A DNA stretch of 26,362 nt, taken from the NCBI GenBank assembly GCA_035455665.1, contig DATIEQ010000126.1, forward strand, positions 1 to 26,362, written 5' to 3'. A program made the position numbers and the translations under genes. A model generated the notes under the pieces. It was not told where the DNA came from. It saw nothing but the letters and a program-made list of their open reading frames with translations, and did not search any database. This DNA comes from Gammaproteobacteria bacterium (GTDB taxonomy: Bacteria > Pseudomonadota > Gammaproteobacteria > Natronospirales > REEB76). Positions 1 through 9,402 of this stretch are shown one piece after another (within the stretch, counting starts at the first letter, position 1; every line of letters starts with the position of its first letter).

Positions 1-977
1 GGCCCGACGCCGGGGTAATCGAGCCCAGCGGAGATTGAGTGGGTCTCAGTGATCTGGCCCGCTGCGTCCTCAAGTACATAGGTGCGGTTGCCGTGCAGCA
101 CGCCGGAGCGGCCGCCATTGAGGGACGCGGCATGCTTGCCGCTGGCGAGACCCTGTCCACCCGCCTCCACGCCGTGGAGCTCGACCGGGTCATCCAGGAA
201 AGCATGGAACAGGCCGATGGCGTTGGAGCCGCCGCCCACGCAGGCGACCAGCGCCCGGGGTAACCGGCCTTCGGCCGCGAGTGATTGTTGGCGGGTCTCC
301 TCGCCGATGCAAGCCTGGAAGTCCCGCACCATCATGGGATAAGGATGCGGCCCGGCCACGCTACCGATAACGTAATAGGTGTCGTCCACGCGAGCGACCC
401 AGTCGCGCAAGGCCTCGTTGAGTGCATCCTTGAGCGTGCGCGAACCCGCCGTCACGGGCACCACGGTCGCACCCAGGAGCCGCATGCGGTAGACGTTGCT
501 GGCCTGGCGCTGGATGTCCTCGGAGCCCATGTACACAACGCATTCGAAGCCGAAACGCGCCGCCACCGTGGCGGTCGCGACGCCGTGCTGACCCGCGCCG
601 GTCTCGGCGATGAGACGGGTCTTGCCCATGCGCTTCGCCAGCAGCGCCTGGCCGAGCGCGTTGTTTATCTTGTGAGCGCCGGTGTGGTTCAGGTCCTCGC
701 GCTTGAGGTAGATACGCGCGCCCCCGGCCTGCGCGCTCAGACGCTCGGCGAAATACAGCGGCGTGGGGCGTCCCACGAAGTCCCGCAGGAAATTCTTGAG
801 TTCCGCCTGGAAGTCCGGGTCGCGACGGCTGCGTTCGTAGGCCTGGCGCAAGGCTTCCACCGGTCCCATGAGCGTCTCCGCCACGAAACGCCCGCCGTAG
901 GGTCCGAAATGGCCGCTCGCATCCGGCAGCCGGCGCAACGACTCACGCAGAAAGGGGTGTTCAAGCGGCCGCGGCAT
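1..977 (-). CDS. trpB: Tryptophan synthase beta subunit (3' end runs off the left edge)
   Basis: Manual translation from ATG 977: [37 protein letters not shown]...[18 protein letters not shown] (PLP lysine motif)...[21 protein letters not shown] upstream. Absent from the ORF track because no stop lies in the window. Confidence 0.97.
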   Translation of the reverse strand, partial: MPRPLEHPFLRESLRRLPDASGHFGPYGGRFVAETLMGPVEALRQAYERSRRDPDFQAELKNFLRDFVGRPTPLYFAERLSAQAGGARIYLKREDLNHTGAHKINNALGQALLAKRMGKTRLIAETGAGQHGVATATVAARFGFECVVYMGSEDIQRQASNVYRMRLLGATVVPVTAGSRTLKDALNEALRDWVARVDDTYYVIGSVAGPHPYPMMVRDFQACIGEETRQQSLAAEGRLPRALVACVGGGSNAIGLFHAFLDDPVELHGVEAGGQGLASGKHAASLNGGRSGVLHGNRTYVLEDAAGQITETHSISAGLDYPGVG

Positions 978-1586
978 TGTTCACCTCGCGTACGAAGGCG
1001 GCAAGCTTGTCGGCGTCCTTGACCCCGGCGCGCTCTCCACGCCGCTCGAGACGTCCACCCCGTAGGGGTGCACGACGCTGATGGCCGTGCCCACGTTCTC
1101 CGAGTTCAACCCACCCGCGAGTATCAGCGGCGGTCCTTCGACCTTCGGCAGCGAGGACCAGGTGAAGCTTTTGCCGGTGCCGCCCTTCTGCCCCTGCACG
1201 TGGCTATCGAGGAGCAGCGCGGCCGCATCATGGTAGCGGCGCGCGTAATCGGCGATGTCCGCCTGGCTACCCATGGGTACGGCCTTGATGTAGGGGCGGC
1301 CGAAGCCGTGGCAGAACTCCGGCGGCTCGTTGCCGTGGAACTGGAGGAGCTCCACGCGGACTCCGTCCAGGACCTTCTGCACGTCCTCCCGTGTCGGGTC
1401 CAGGAACAGCGCGGTCACTGTCACGAAAGCCGGCAGCTTCTTCACCAGCGCCTTCGCCTGCTCGACGCTCACATAACGTGGGCTCTTAGGGTAGAACACG
1501 AGACCCACCGCATCGACCCCCAGGCGTGCCGCCGCCGCGGCGTCCTCCGCCCGGGTCATCCCACAGACCTTGATCCTCACGCGCAC
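961..1586 (-). CDS. trpF: Phosphoribosylanthranilate isomerase, apparently frameshifted near the 3' end (as read it stops at 981)
   Basis: [45 protein letters not shown]. Likely GTG start 1586 after GGAG. The canonical tail [20 protein letters not shown] lies in another frame ending at 961. Confidence 0.93.
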
Positions 1587-1599
1587 AGCAGGCTCCGCT

Positions 1600-2403
1600 T
1601 CACAAAGAGTTCGCAAGACTATCAGAAAATCCGGCGTCGGCCGGCACCGGGACGGCGAATTCGGGCGGATACCTCACCGCCGTGAAACACAGGCCGTGGG
1701 CCGGCGCAGTGACCCCGCCCAGGGTACGGTCGCGCCCCTCGAGCACCTGCCGCGGCCACTCGCGGTCGCGCTTGCCTTCGCCCACCGCCAGCAGCACGCC
1801 CGCGATATTCCGCACCATGTGGTGCAGGAAACCGTCGGCCGCGGCTTCGATGAGGATGCGCTCGCCCTCGCGGCGCACCTCGAGGCGCATGAGTGTGCGC
1901 ACCGGCTGCTTCGCCTGGCACTCCACCGAGCGGAACGCGGAAAAATCATGGCGCCCAAGAAGCGGCTGCGCTGCCTCCTGCATGCGCGCCGCGTCCAGCG
2001 GCCGATGCTCCCAGGTCACGCGCGAACGCTCGAGCGCGGGACGGGTGAGGCGGTTGAGCACCGTATAGCGGTACGAGCGCGCCATGGCGCTGAAGCGGGC
2101 GTGGAATGCCCCGGGCGCTTCCTGTATCCACCGCACCGCGACGTCGGGCGGCAGTTGGGTGTTCACGCCCAACAGCCAGCCGCGCAGATCGCGCCGCGCG
2201 TCGCTGTCAAAATGCGCCACTTGGCCGGTCGCGTGCACGCCGGCGTCGGTGCGTCCCGCACAGGTCACTGCCACGGGGTGATCGGCGATGCGCGCTAGCG
2301 CGTCTTCCACGCAAGCCTGCACGGTCCTGCCAGGATGGGACTGGCGTTGCCAGCCCATGAAGTCGGTGCCGTCGTATTCGATGCCGAGTGCGAAGCGCGT
2401 CAT
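1600..2403 (-). CDS. truA: tRNA pseudouridine(38-40) synthase
   Basis: IEYDGTDFMGWQRQ, CAGRTDAGVHATGQV (catalytic Asp), FHARFSA, FLHHMVRNI. Usual fimV-truA-trpF order. Confidence 0.97.
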   Translation of the reverse strand: MTRFALGIEYDGTDFMGWQRQSHPGRTVQACVEDALARIADHPVAVTCAGRTDAGVHATGQVAHFDSDARRDLRGWLLGVNTQLPPDVAVRWIQEAPGAFHARFSAMARSYRYTVLNRLTRPALERSRVTWEHRPLDAARMQEAAQPLLGRHDFSAFRSVECQAKQPVRTLMRLEVRREGERILIEAAADGFLHHMVRNIAGVLLAVGEGKRDREWPRQVLEGRDRTLGGVTAPAHGLCFTAVRYPPEFAVPVPADAGFSDSLANSL

Positions 2404-2436
2404 GGAACGTCAGTCAGACAGTGCAGACCGGGGACA

Positions 2437-2461
2437 TCCCGGCCGCGAACCGCGGCCGGGA
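2437..2461 (-). other. Perfect 11-bp stem-loop just after the fimV stop
   Basis: TCCCGGCCGCG-AAC-CGCGGCCGGGA. No U-tract, so more likely an mRNA-stabilising or pause hairpin than an intrinsic terminator. Confidence 0.55.
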
Positions 2462-2471
2462 CCGTGGAGTC

Positions 2472-5075
2472 TTACGCAGAGACGTGTTTGAGGAGCTCCT
2501 GGGCTTCCTGCTTCTGCTGCGCGTTGCCTTCCAGCATCACCTCTTCGAGGATGCTCTTCGCGCCATCGGGATCGCCCATGTCGATGTAGGCACGGGCGAG
2601 ATCCAGCTTCGTGCCCACTTCGCTGATGCTGCTGGTGGCGCCGGTCGCTTCGTCACCTGCCGCCGGAGCCGCCGGCGCATCCATGGAGAGACCTTCGATA
2701 CTGGGCGCCGCCGCCTCGGGCTGGGCCGGCACATTGGTGTTCACGAAGGACGCCAGGTCGGTCAGGGCCTTGTCGAATTCCACCTGGGAATCGGTGCCGA
2801 AGTCTGTAGCCACCGTGGGCTCATCCGTGGGAGGGGCGGCTTTCTTGGGCTCATCCTTCTTCTTGATAGCCATGGTCTTGTCGTAGTTCAGGTCGCCCAC
2901 GTTGAACTCGAGCGCGCCGTCCGGAGAGGCGGCAGGCGCGGGAGCCGGGGCGGGAGCCGGAGCCGGGATCGGCTCGGGTTCGAGGTCCGGCAAGGAGAAG
3001 TCCAAGCTGTTGTCCACTGCGGGCGCGGGGGCCGGGGCTGGCGCGGGAGCAGCGGCGGGCGCTGCCGGAGCGTCAAAGGCCTCGCCCAGACCGCCAAGAT
3101 CGCCCACCACGGTACCGGTACCGCCGCCATCGAGGGCGATATCCACCGCCGCCGCACCGGCACCGGAGGCCGAGAACATGGTCTCATCGGGAGCGAGTTG
3201 GCGACCCATGATGGCCACGCTGTCCCATTCCTTCCCGGCGGAGCCGCCCATGCTCTGACGCAGTTTCTTCGCTTCTGCGATGAAATTACCCTTGTCACCG
3301 GCGGTGAAGAACACTTCGAGCAACTTGACGGCCACTTCGCGGCGGTTCGGGTCCTGGCGCAACGCCTTGCGCAATACGTCAGCGGCCTGATCATAGAGAC
3401 CATAGGCCATGTGGAAATCCGCTTCCGCGAGAGGATCCGACACGTCGAGTTTCGCTGATGGTGTCGGTTCCGCGACCGCTGCGCCCACCATGGTGTCCAT
3501 GTGCCCTTTGGGCATGAGCTGTGTCTTGTCGCTCGCCCCTTCGTCGCCCACCTGGGTGGGCGGATCCACCATCACGGTCTTTTCCTCGGCGGCCTTCTTC
3601 GCCTGCTTGCTCTTGGTGCGCGTGGTGGATTCCGATGCCTGGGTCTTGTCGTCGTCGGCACCCACTTGCTCTTGCTTGAGCCAGTCGGCGCCTTTGATCT
3701 TGCCCGCTGCGCCGCCACCGAAGGCGCTCGGCTTCGACTGGCGCCGCTTCTTGATGGCGACGCCGAGGAGCACGATCACGATCACTGCGCCCACGGCGCC
3801 GAGTACGTAGGGACTGAGCAAGATGTCCATGATCCCGCCGCCGGCCGCCGGAGCGGGCGCGGGTTTCACCACCGGAGGCGGCGGTGCCGGGGCTGGAGCC
3901 GGGGCAGGAGGCAGTTGGGCCGCCTGCTGTTGAACCGCCGCGAGCGGATTGCTCTGCACCGAGATCGGTGCCTGGCTCGGGGCGGGCGGAGGCGGCGGCA
4001 ATGTCGTCACGCCCTCATTCGTCTTCTCGGGGGCCGCAGCAGCGGGAGCGGCTGCGGTCTCGCCGCTACCGGTTTTCGCTGCGCCCGGTACCGGCGCGCT
4101 GCTCTCGGCGGCGGAACTCGGCGCGACCAGCGTGAGAGAAGGTTGTGCAGAAGCGACGGCCGCGGCGGTGCCGGCGGACGGTGCGGACACGCCGCGGCTG
4201 CTGCGCCACGCCTCGATCTGGGCGCGCACTTCGGAGTTCGCATCCGCCACGCTCACCGCCTGTACGTCGGACAGGTTCGGCATACGCAGGATGAACCCGG
4301 CCTTCATGCGATTGATGTTGTGCATGAAGACTTCGGGGTTCGCCTGATAGATGGCGATCATCATCTGGTTGAGCGTCACGCCCTGCGGCCGCAGCTGCTT
4401 GGCGATGCCTGAGAGCGTCTCGCCGCGGTGAATTGGGCCGTAATTAGCGCCAAGCGCCCGCTGCTCGGCGGGCGCTGGTGCGGCGGCTTCAGCGGGTACC
4501 GTGGGTGGAGACGTGGCCTGCGCGGGCGCCGCTTCCGGCGCGGCGGCGATCGGCGTGGAAGTCTGGGCGGAAGCTCCGGTCGAAGCGACCGGTGCCGATA
4601 CCTCGGGCGCCGGAGCGGTACTCGCTGCGGCAACCGCTGCTACCGGTGCGGTAGCTTGCGTCGGGGCCTGCGCATTCTGGAAATTCGGCGGATTGAGCAA
4701 TACCGTGTATTCGCGGATCAGCTCGCCGTTGTTCCAGTTCGCATCGATCAGGAAGTCGAGGAACGGTTCACGCACGGCTTGGGGGCTGGTGATATGGATG
4801 TAGGCGGTGCCATCCGAATTGCGCACCACCAGGAACTGCAACTGCCCCAAGACATCCGGCCGGTCGACGCCCGCCTGGGAGAATTGCCTGAGGCTCGCGA
4901 GCTTCACATCCAGGCTGTCCAGCTCGTCGCTGGTCGCGCCCACCACTTGGATATCCGCGCTGAATTTATCGTTAAGCGAGGAGTTGAGCTTGATTTCGCC
5001 GAGGCCCAGGGCTTGTGCTGCCGCAGGCAGCAACGCCAGTGCCAGGGACAAAATTAAGGTCAGCTTTTTGCTCAT
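2472..5075 (-). CDS. fimV: FimV/HubP family polar landmark protein
   Basis: Signal peptide then LGLGEIKLNSSLN; LysM-like YGPIHRGETLSGIA; Pro/Ala linkers; one TM helix followed by KKRR; TPR-like DPLAEADFHMAYGLYDQA; C-terminal TKLDLARAYIDMGDPDGAKSILEEV. Confidence 0.95.
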   Translation of the reverse strand: MSKKLTLILSLALALLPAAAQALGLGEIKLNSSLNDKFSADIQVVGATSDELDSLDVKLASLRQFSQAGVDRPDVLGQLQFLVVRNSDGTAYIHITSPQAVREPFLDFLIDANWNNGELIREYTVLLNPPNFQNAQAPTQATAPVAAVAAASTAPAPEVSAPVASTGASAQTSTPIAAAPEAAPAQATSPPTVPAEAAAPAPAEQRALGANYGPIHRGETLSGIAKQLRPQGVTLNQMMIAIYQANPEVFMHNINRMKAGFILRMPNLSDVQAVSVADANSEVRAQIEAWRSSRGVSAPSAGTAAAVASAQPSLTLVAPSSAAESSAPVPGAAKTGSGETAAAPAAAAPEKTNEGVTTLPPPPPAPSQAPISVQSNPLAAVQQQAAQLPPAPAPAPAPPPPVVKPAPAPAAGGGIMDILLSPYVLGAVGAVIVIVLLGVAIKKRRQSKPSAFGGGAAGKIKGADWLKQEQVGADDDKTQASESTTRTKSKQAKKAAEEKTVMVDPPTQVGDEGASDKTQLMPKGHMDTMVGAAVAEPTPSAKLDVSDPLAEADFHMAYGLYDQAADVLRKALRQDPNRREVAVKLLEVFFTAGDKGNFIAEAKKLRQSMGGSAGKEWDSVAIMGRQLAPDETMFSASGAGAAAVDIALDGGGTGTVVGDLGGLGEAFDAPAAPAAAPAPAPAPAPAVDNSLDFSLPDLEPEPIPAPAPAPAPAPAASPDGALEFNVGDLNYDKTMAIKKKDEPKKAAPPTDEPTVATDFGTDSQVEFDKALTDLASFVNTNVPAQPEAAAPSIEGLSMDAPAAPAAGDEATGATSSISEVGTKLDLARAYIDMGDPDGAKSILEEVMLEGNAQQKQEAQELLKHVSA

Positions 5076-5175
5076 TATTTCTCCCCCACCGGCCCACCCC
5101 CTTTGGGTCTTCGGGGGTCGGGCAATAGCGCTCCCAAGCTGAGAACGCTCTTTACAATGCTGGGCTAACTATAGC

Positions 5176-6198
5176 TTATAAATAGGTTTTCACCAATAAC
5201 TCAGCCAGCTGGATGCTATTCAAGGCTGCCCCCTTACGGACGTTGTCCGAGACCACCCACAGGTTGAGCCCCAGGGGATGGCTGAGATCCTCCCGTATAC
5301 GGCCCACGAAGACGCCATCCCGGCTCGCGGCCTCGGTCACGGGGGTGGGGTAACCCCCAGGCTTGAGGTCATCCAGGACCACAACCCCTGGGGCCTTGGA
5401 CAGCAGAGCCCGGGCTTTGGCGGCGGTCAGCTTGTCACGGGTCTCCAGGTGGATGGCTTCCGAATGGCCGTAGAAGACCGGTACCCGGACGCAGGTGGCA
5501 TTTACCTTAATATGGTCGTCCGCCAGTATCTTCCGGGTCTCCCAGACCATCTTCATCTCCTCCCGGGTATAGCCGTTCTCCTGGAACTCATCCACCTGGG
5601 GCAGGACGTTGAAGGCCATCTGCTTAGGGAAACGGCTCTTCCCGTCCAAGGGTTGGCCGTTGAGCAATTGTGCTGTCTGCCGTGCCAGAGTCTCAATGCC
5701 GCTCCGGCCGGCACCGGAGACCGACTGATAGGTAGCGACGTTGATGCGCTCGATGCCTACCGCGTCATAGATGGGCTTCAAGGCTACCAGCATCTGCATG
5801 GTGGAACAGTTAGGGTTCGCGATGATGCCGCGTTTGCGATGCTCCACGAGCGCGCCCGGGTTCACTTCCGACACCACGAGAGGCACGTCCGCGTCGTAAC
5901 GGAAGCGGGAGGTGTTATCCACGACGATACAGCCCGCCGCCGCCGCCTTCGGCGCGTACTCCTCTGATACCTTGGCGCCCGCCGAGAAGAGCCCGATCCG
6001 GGCGCGGCTGAAGTCGAAGTCCTTGAGGTTCTCGACCTTGAGCTCGCGGCCGTCGAAACTCACCTTCTCGCCCACCGAGCGCTCGCTCGCGAGCGCGTAG
6101 ACCTTGCCCACCGGGAACTTCCGTTCCGATAGTATCTCAAGCAGTGCACTGCCCACGGCGCCGGTCGCGCCTACCACGGCCACATCGAAGGTCTTCAA
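5176..6198 (-). CDS. asd: Aspartate-semialdehyde dehydrogenase
   Basis: VAVVGATGAVG Rossmann motif, NPNCSTMQ catalytic Cys, RVPVFYGHSE, DNVRKGAALN. TTG start after GGAG. Confidence 0.96.
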   Translation of the reverse strand: MKTFDVAVVGATGAVGSALLEILSERKFPVGKVYALASERSVGEKVSFDGRELKVENLKDFDFSRARIGLFSAGAKVSEEYAPKAAAAGCIVVDNTSRFRYDADVPLVVSEVNPGALVEHRKRGIIANPNCSTMQMLVALKPIYDAVGIERINVATYQSVSGAGRSGIETLARQTAQLLNGQPLDGKSRFPKQMAFNVLPQVDEFQENGYTREEMKMVWETRKILADDHIKVNATCVRVPVFYGHSEAIHLETRDKLTAAKARALLSKAPGVVVLDDLKPGGYPTPVTEAASRDGVFVGRIREDLSHPLGLNLWVVSDNVRKGAALNSIQLAELLVKTYL

Positions 6199-6239
6199 AG
6201 GGACTCCGGGGAATGCATTGGAAGAAGCGCCGCCACTCG

Positions 6240-7343
6240 CTATTTTAACTTGCGTGGCGGCAAGGGCGAGAGCGGTGCGCGCACATCGGCGTTCTGTGCC
6301 CGTTGCCGCAGCGCGTGATCCATGAGCGTCAGCGCCAGCATCGCCTCGGCGATGGGTACGGCGCGTATGCCCACGCAGGGATCATGGCGGCCATGCACGC
6401 TCACCTCCGCCTCGGCACCCTGCTCGTCGATGGTGCGCCCGGGCAGACGGATACTGGACGCAGGCTTGAGCGCCAGGCTCACGATGATGTCCTGACCCGT
6501 AGAGATGCCCCCGAGGATGCCGCCCGCATTGTTCGACAAGAAGCCTTTGGGCGTCATCTCATCGCGGTGCTCGCTCCCCTTCTGGTTGATCGCGGCGAAG
6601 CCTGCGCCGATCTCCACGCCCTTGACGGCGTTGATGCCCATCATGGCCGAGGCGATGTCCGCATCCAGCTTATCGAACACCGGCTCGCCCCAGCCGGGCG
6701 GCACGCCTTGCGCCTTCACCGTGACGCGCGCGCCGATGGAATCGCCCGACTTGCGCAAGGCGTCCACGTAGTTCTCCAGCTCCGCGACGCGGCTCGGGTC
6801 GGGACAGAAGAATGGATTCGAATCCGCGGCCTCGAGGTCCTTCGCTTCCAACTCGAGGGGACCGAGTTGGGCGAGCCAGCCCTGGATTACGACCCCGCAG
6901 CGTTCCACGAGCCATTTGCGGGCGATGGCACCCGCCGCGACCCGCATGACCGTCTCCCGCGCCGAGGCGCGCCCGCCGCCGCGGTAGTCGCGGCGTCCGT
7001 ACTTCATCAGATAGGTGTAGTCCGCATGCCCCGGACGTAGCTTGTCGCGGATCGCTTCGTAGTCCTTGGGGCGCTGGTCGGTGTTTTCGATCAGGAGGCC
7101 GATGGGGGTGCCGGTTGTCTTGCCCTCGAATACACCGGAGAGGACGCGCACCGTGTCCGCCTCACGGCGCTGGGAAGTGTGCCGTGAAGTGCCGGAGCGC
7201 CGCCGCTCCACGTCGCGCTGGATGTCTGCTTCCGCGAGGTCGAGTCCCGGCGGGCAGCCGTCCACGATGCAGCCCAAGGCGGGACCGTGGCTCTCGCCGA
7301 ACGTAGTGACGCAGAACAGCCGGCCGAAAGTGTTACCGGACAC
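6240..7343 (-). CDS. aroC: Chorismate synthase
   Basis: [55 protein letters not shown]. Confidence 0.98.
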   Translation of the reverse strand: MSGNTFGRLFCVTTFGESHGPALGCIVDGCPPGLDLAEADIQRDVERRRSGTSRHTSQRREADTVRVLSGVFEGKTTGTPIGLLIENTDQRPKDYEAIRDKLRPGHADYTYLMKYGRRDYRGGGRASARETVMRVAAGAIARKWLVERCGVVIQGWLAQLGPLELEAKDLEAADSNPFFCPDPSRVAELENYVDALRKSGDSIGARVTVKAQGVPPGWGEPVFDKLDADIASAMMGINAVKGVEIGAGFAAINQKGSEHRDEMTPKGFLSNNAGGILGGISTGQDIIVSLALKPASSIRLPGRTIDEQGAEAEVSVHGRHDPCVGIRAVPIAEAMLALTLMDHALRQRAQNADVRAPLSPLPPRKLK

Positions 7344-8268
7344 GCTGGGCCCGTTTCTTGGTTTGCACCGCTGCAGCCTGAGCCGCAGTCAGCAGGAACA
7401 CTTCCGCCTGCCCCCGTTCGAATTCGAGCCAGGTGAACGGCAGTTCCGGGTAAGCCCGTTCGAGCGCCCAGCGGCTGTTGCCCACCTCCACCACCAGGAT
7501 GCCGTCCGGCGTGAGCCGCTCGGCGGCCCCCGCCAGGATGCGGCGTACCACATCCAGGCCGTCCTCACCCGCCGCGAGGCCGAGCCGGGGTTCATGCCGG
7601 TGCTCGTCCGGCAGCGTCGCCATGTCTTCCGCGTCCACGTAGGGCGGGTTGCTCACGATGATGTCGTAGCGCGCAGTCGGAAGGCCCTCGAACACGTCCG
7701 CCCGATGCAGCGTGACCCGCTCCTTCACATGCAGTTTTTCCACGTTGATGTGCGCTACCTCGAGGGCATCGGCTGACAGGTCGGTGGCGTCCACCCGCGC
7801 CTCGGGGAAGGCATGGGCGCAGGCGATGGCGATGCAGCCGCTGCCGGTGCAGAGGTCGAGTATCCGCCCTACCGGCTGGTCTGCGAGCCAGGGCTCGAAA
7901 CCCTTTTCGATCAGCTCGCCCAAGGGCGAGCGGGGCACCAGCACACGCTCATCCACGTAGAAATCCAGCCCCGCGAAGCGCGCATGGCGCGTGATATACG
8001 CGTACGGCTTGCGCTCGCTCTCGCGCCGGTAGAGGAGATCGTAGGCGGCGCGCTTCTCCGCCTGCGTGAGCCGCCCGTCCAGTAACCATGGCGGGATGTC
8101 GTGGTCCAGGTTTAGCGCGAACAGCACCAGGTTGAGCGCTTCGTCAACCGCATTCCCGGTGCCGTGGCCGAAATGCAGGCCGGCTCGCTTGAACGCGCTC
8201 GCGCCCCAACGGACGAAGTCCTTCGCCGTGTCAAGTCGCGTCGCGATGTCTTCGAAACCTTCCATCAT
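7333..8268 (-). CDS. prmB: 50S ribosomal protein L3 N5-glutamine methyltransferase
   Basis: [41 protein letters not shown]. Start moved to ATG 8268 (GGAG upstream). Conserved prmB-aroC adjacency. Confidence 0.95.
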   Translation of the reverse strand: MMEGFEDIATRLDTAKDFVRWGASAFKRAGLHFGHGTGNAVDEALNLVLFALNLDHDIPPWLLDGRLTQAEKRAAYDLLYRRESERKPYAYITRHARFAGLDFYVDERVLVPRSPLGELIEKGFEPWLADQPVGRILDLCTGSGCIAIACAHAFPEARVDATDLSADALEVAHINVEKLHVKERVTLHRADVFEGLPTARYDIIVSNPPYVDAEDMATLPDEHRHEPRLGLAAGEDGLDVVRRILAGAAERLTPDGILVVEVGNSRWALERAYPELPFTWLEFERGQAEVFLLTAAQAAAVQTKKRAQRVR

Positions 8269-8314
8269 CCGTCTCCACGTGTACGTGCTTATGATAAAGG
8301 AGTCCACGGGCTAC

Positions 8315-8323
8315 TGTTATAAT
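8315..8323 (+). promoter_or_regulatory. Extended -10 promoter (TG-T-TATAAT) of the SCO operon
   Basis: Perfect TGnTATAAT with 6 nt between it and ATG 8330. Confidence 0.7.
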
Positions 8324-8329
8324 CTGCGC

Positions 8330-8968
8330 ATGAAATTCAAAGTCCTGCTTGCTTACGCGCCACTGCTGGTGCTGGCCCTCGCCGCAGGCAGCTACGTCGG
8401 CTATCTCACCCTGGGTCACAAGCCGGTTGCACCGCCCCGGACTGCCGCCCTGCTCCTCGCCGATCCGAAACCGCTGCCGGATTTCCTGCTCACCGACGCA
8501 GCGGGCACCGCCTTCACGCGACGTGAGCTCATGGGCCATTGGAGCCTGCTCTACTTCGGCTACACCCATTGCCCGGACGCCTGTCCCACCACCCTCATGG
8601 ACTTGGACCATATGCTCGCGGTGCTCGGCAAGGCAAAGGGCCCGGTACTGCCCCGCGTCTATTTCGTGTCGGTGGACCCCAAGCGCGACAACCTTGGGCT
8701 GCTCAGGAACTACACACTGTATTTCAACCCGGCGTTCGTCGGCGTCACGGGCGAACTGGAGCAGTTGCGAGCGCTCACGACGCCGCTGGGCGTGGATTTC
8801 TCTTATCAGCCTGCGAACCAGACGGGCAATTACACGGTAAACCACAGCGTCGCCGTGTTCCTCGTGGACCCGCAGGCGGAGGAGACTGCGGTCTTCACCC
8901 CGCCGCTCGCGCCGGAACGGATGGCCGCGGACTTCCGCGCCATCGTGGATTACCGCGGAGACTTATGA
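8330..8968 (+). CDS. SCO1/SenC family copper chaperone
   Basis: N-terminal hydrophobic anchor, FGYTHCPDACP (CxxxC), FVSVDPKRD, VNHS His ligand. Start is ATG 8330 within track ORF 8066. Confidence 0.93.
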   Translation: MKFKVLLAYAPLLVLALAAGSYVGYLTLGHKPVAPPRTAALLLADPKPLPDFLLTDAAGTAFTRRELMGHWSLLYFGYTHCPDACPTTLMDLDHMLAVLGKAKGPVLPRVYFVSVDPKRDNLGLLRNYTLYFNPAFVGVTGELEQLRALTTPLGVDFSYQPANQTGNYTVNHSVAVFLVDPQAEETAVFTPPLAPERMAADFRAIVDYRGDL

Positions 8969-9402
8969 TGAACCGCCTCGTGTTGCTGCTCGCCGCGATG
9001 TTGGCGCTGGCCAGCGCCTATGCCGACGGACCGAGCGTGCGCGCGAGCCACGTCTGGATCCGCGTCTCGCCCCCAGGCGTCGGCGTGGACGCGGGTTATC
9101 TCACACTCGAGAACCTCACCGGCAAGCCCCTGAGCCTCGACAAAGTCTCGAGCCCGGACTTCGAATCGGTGATGATCCATCAAAGCATAGAGAAGGGTGG
9201 CGTCGAAAGCATGCAGGAGTTCCCCGAGCTCGCGCTGCCCAGCAAAGGTACTGTCGACTTCAAGCCGGGTGGCTACCATCTCATGCTCATGCATCCTCGC
9301 AAGAACCTGTTCCCCGGCGACACCGTCACCCTGATGCTCTCCTTCTCCGACGGTTCCGAGCTCGCGATCTTGGCACCGGTTCGGCGCGACGCGCCGCCTT
9401 GA
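8965..9402 (+). CDS. PCuAC family periplasmic copper chaperone
   Basis: Signal peptide ending AYA; H-x10-M-x21-H-x-M motif (IHQ...ESMQ...GGYHLM). ATGA overlap with the SCO stop. Confidence 0.92.
   Translation: MMNRLVLLLAAMLALASAYADGPSVRASHVWIRVSPPGVGVDAGYLTLENLTGKPLSLDKVSSPDFESVMIHQSIEKGGVESMQEFPELALPSKGTVDFKPGGYHLMLMHPRKNLFPGDTVTLMLSFSDGSELAILAPVRRDAPP

Noticed and set aside
2900-4100. Imperfect GGAGCCGGGGCG-type tandem repeats in fimV
   Set aside because: They encode the Pro-Ala linkers usual for FimV. No spacer-repeat periodicity, so not CRISPR or a contingency locus.
8066-8329. 5' extensions in the ORF track for SCO, PCuAC (8539), prmB (8307), efp (12358), epmB (12426), the oxidoreductase (24901) and xseB (25520)
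   Set aside because: They overlap neighbouring genes or promoters. Internal starts fit family N-termini and RBS or promoter positions better.
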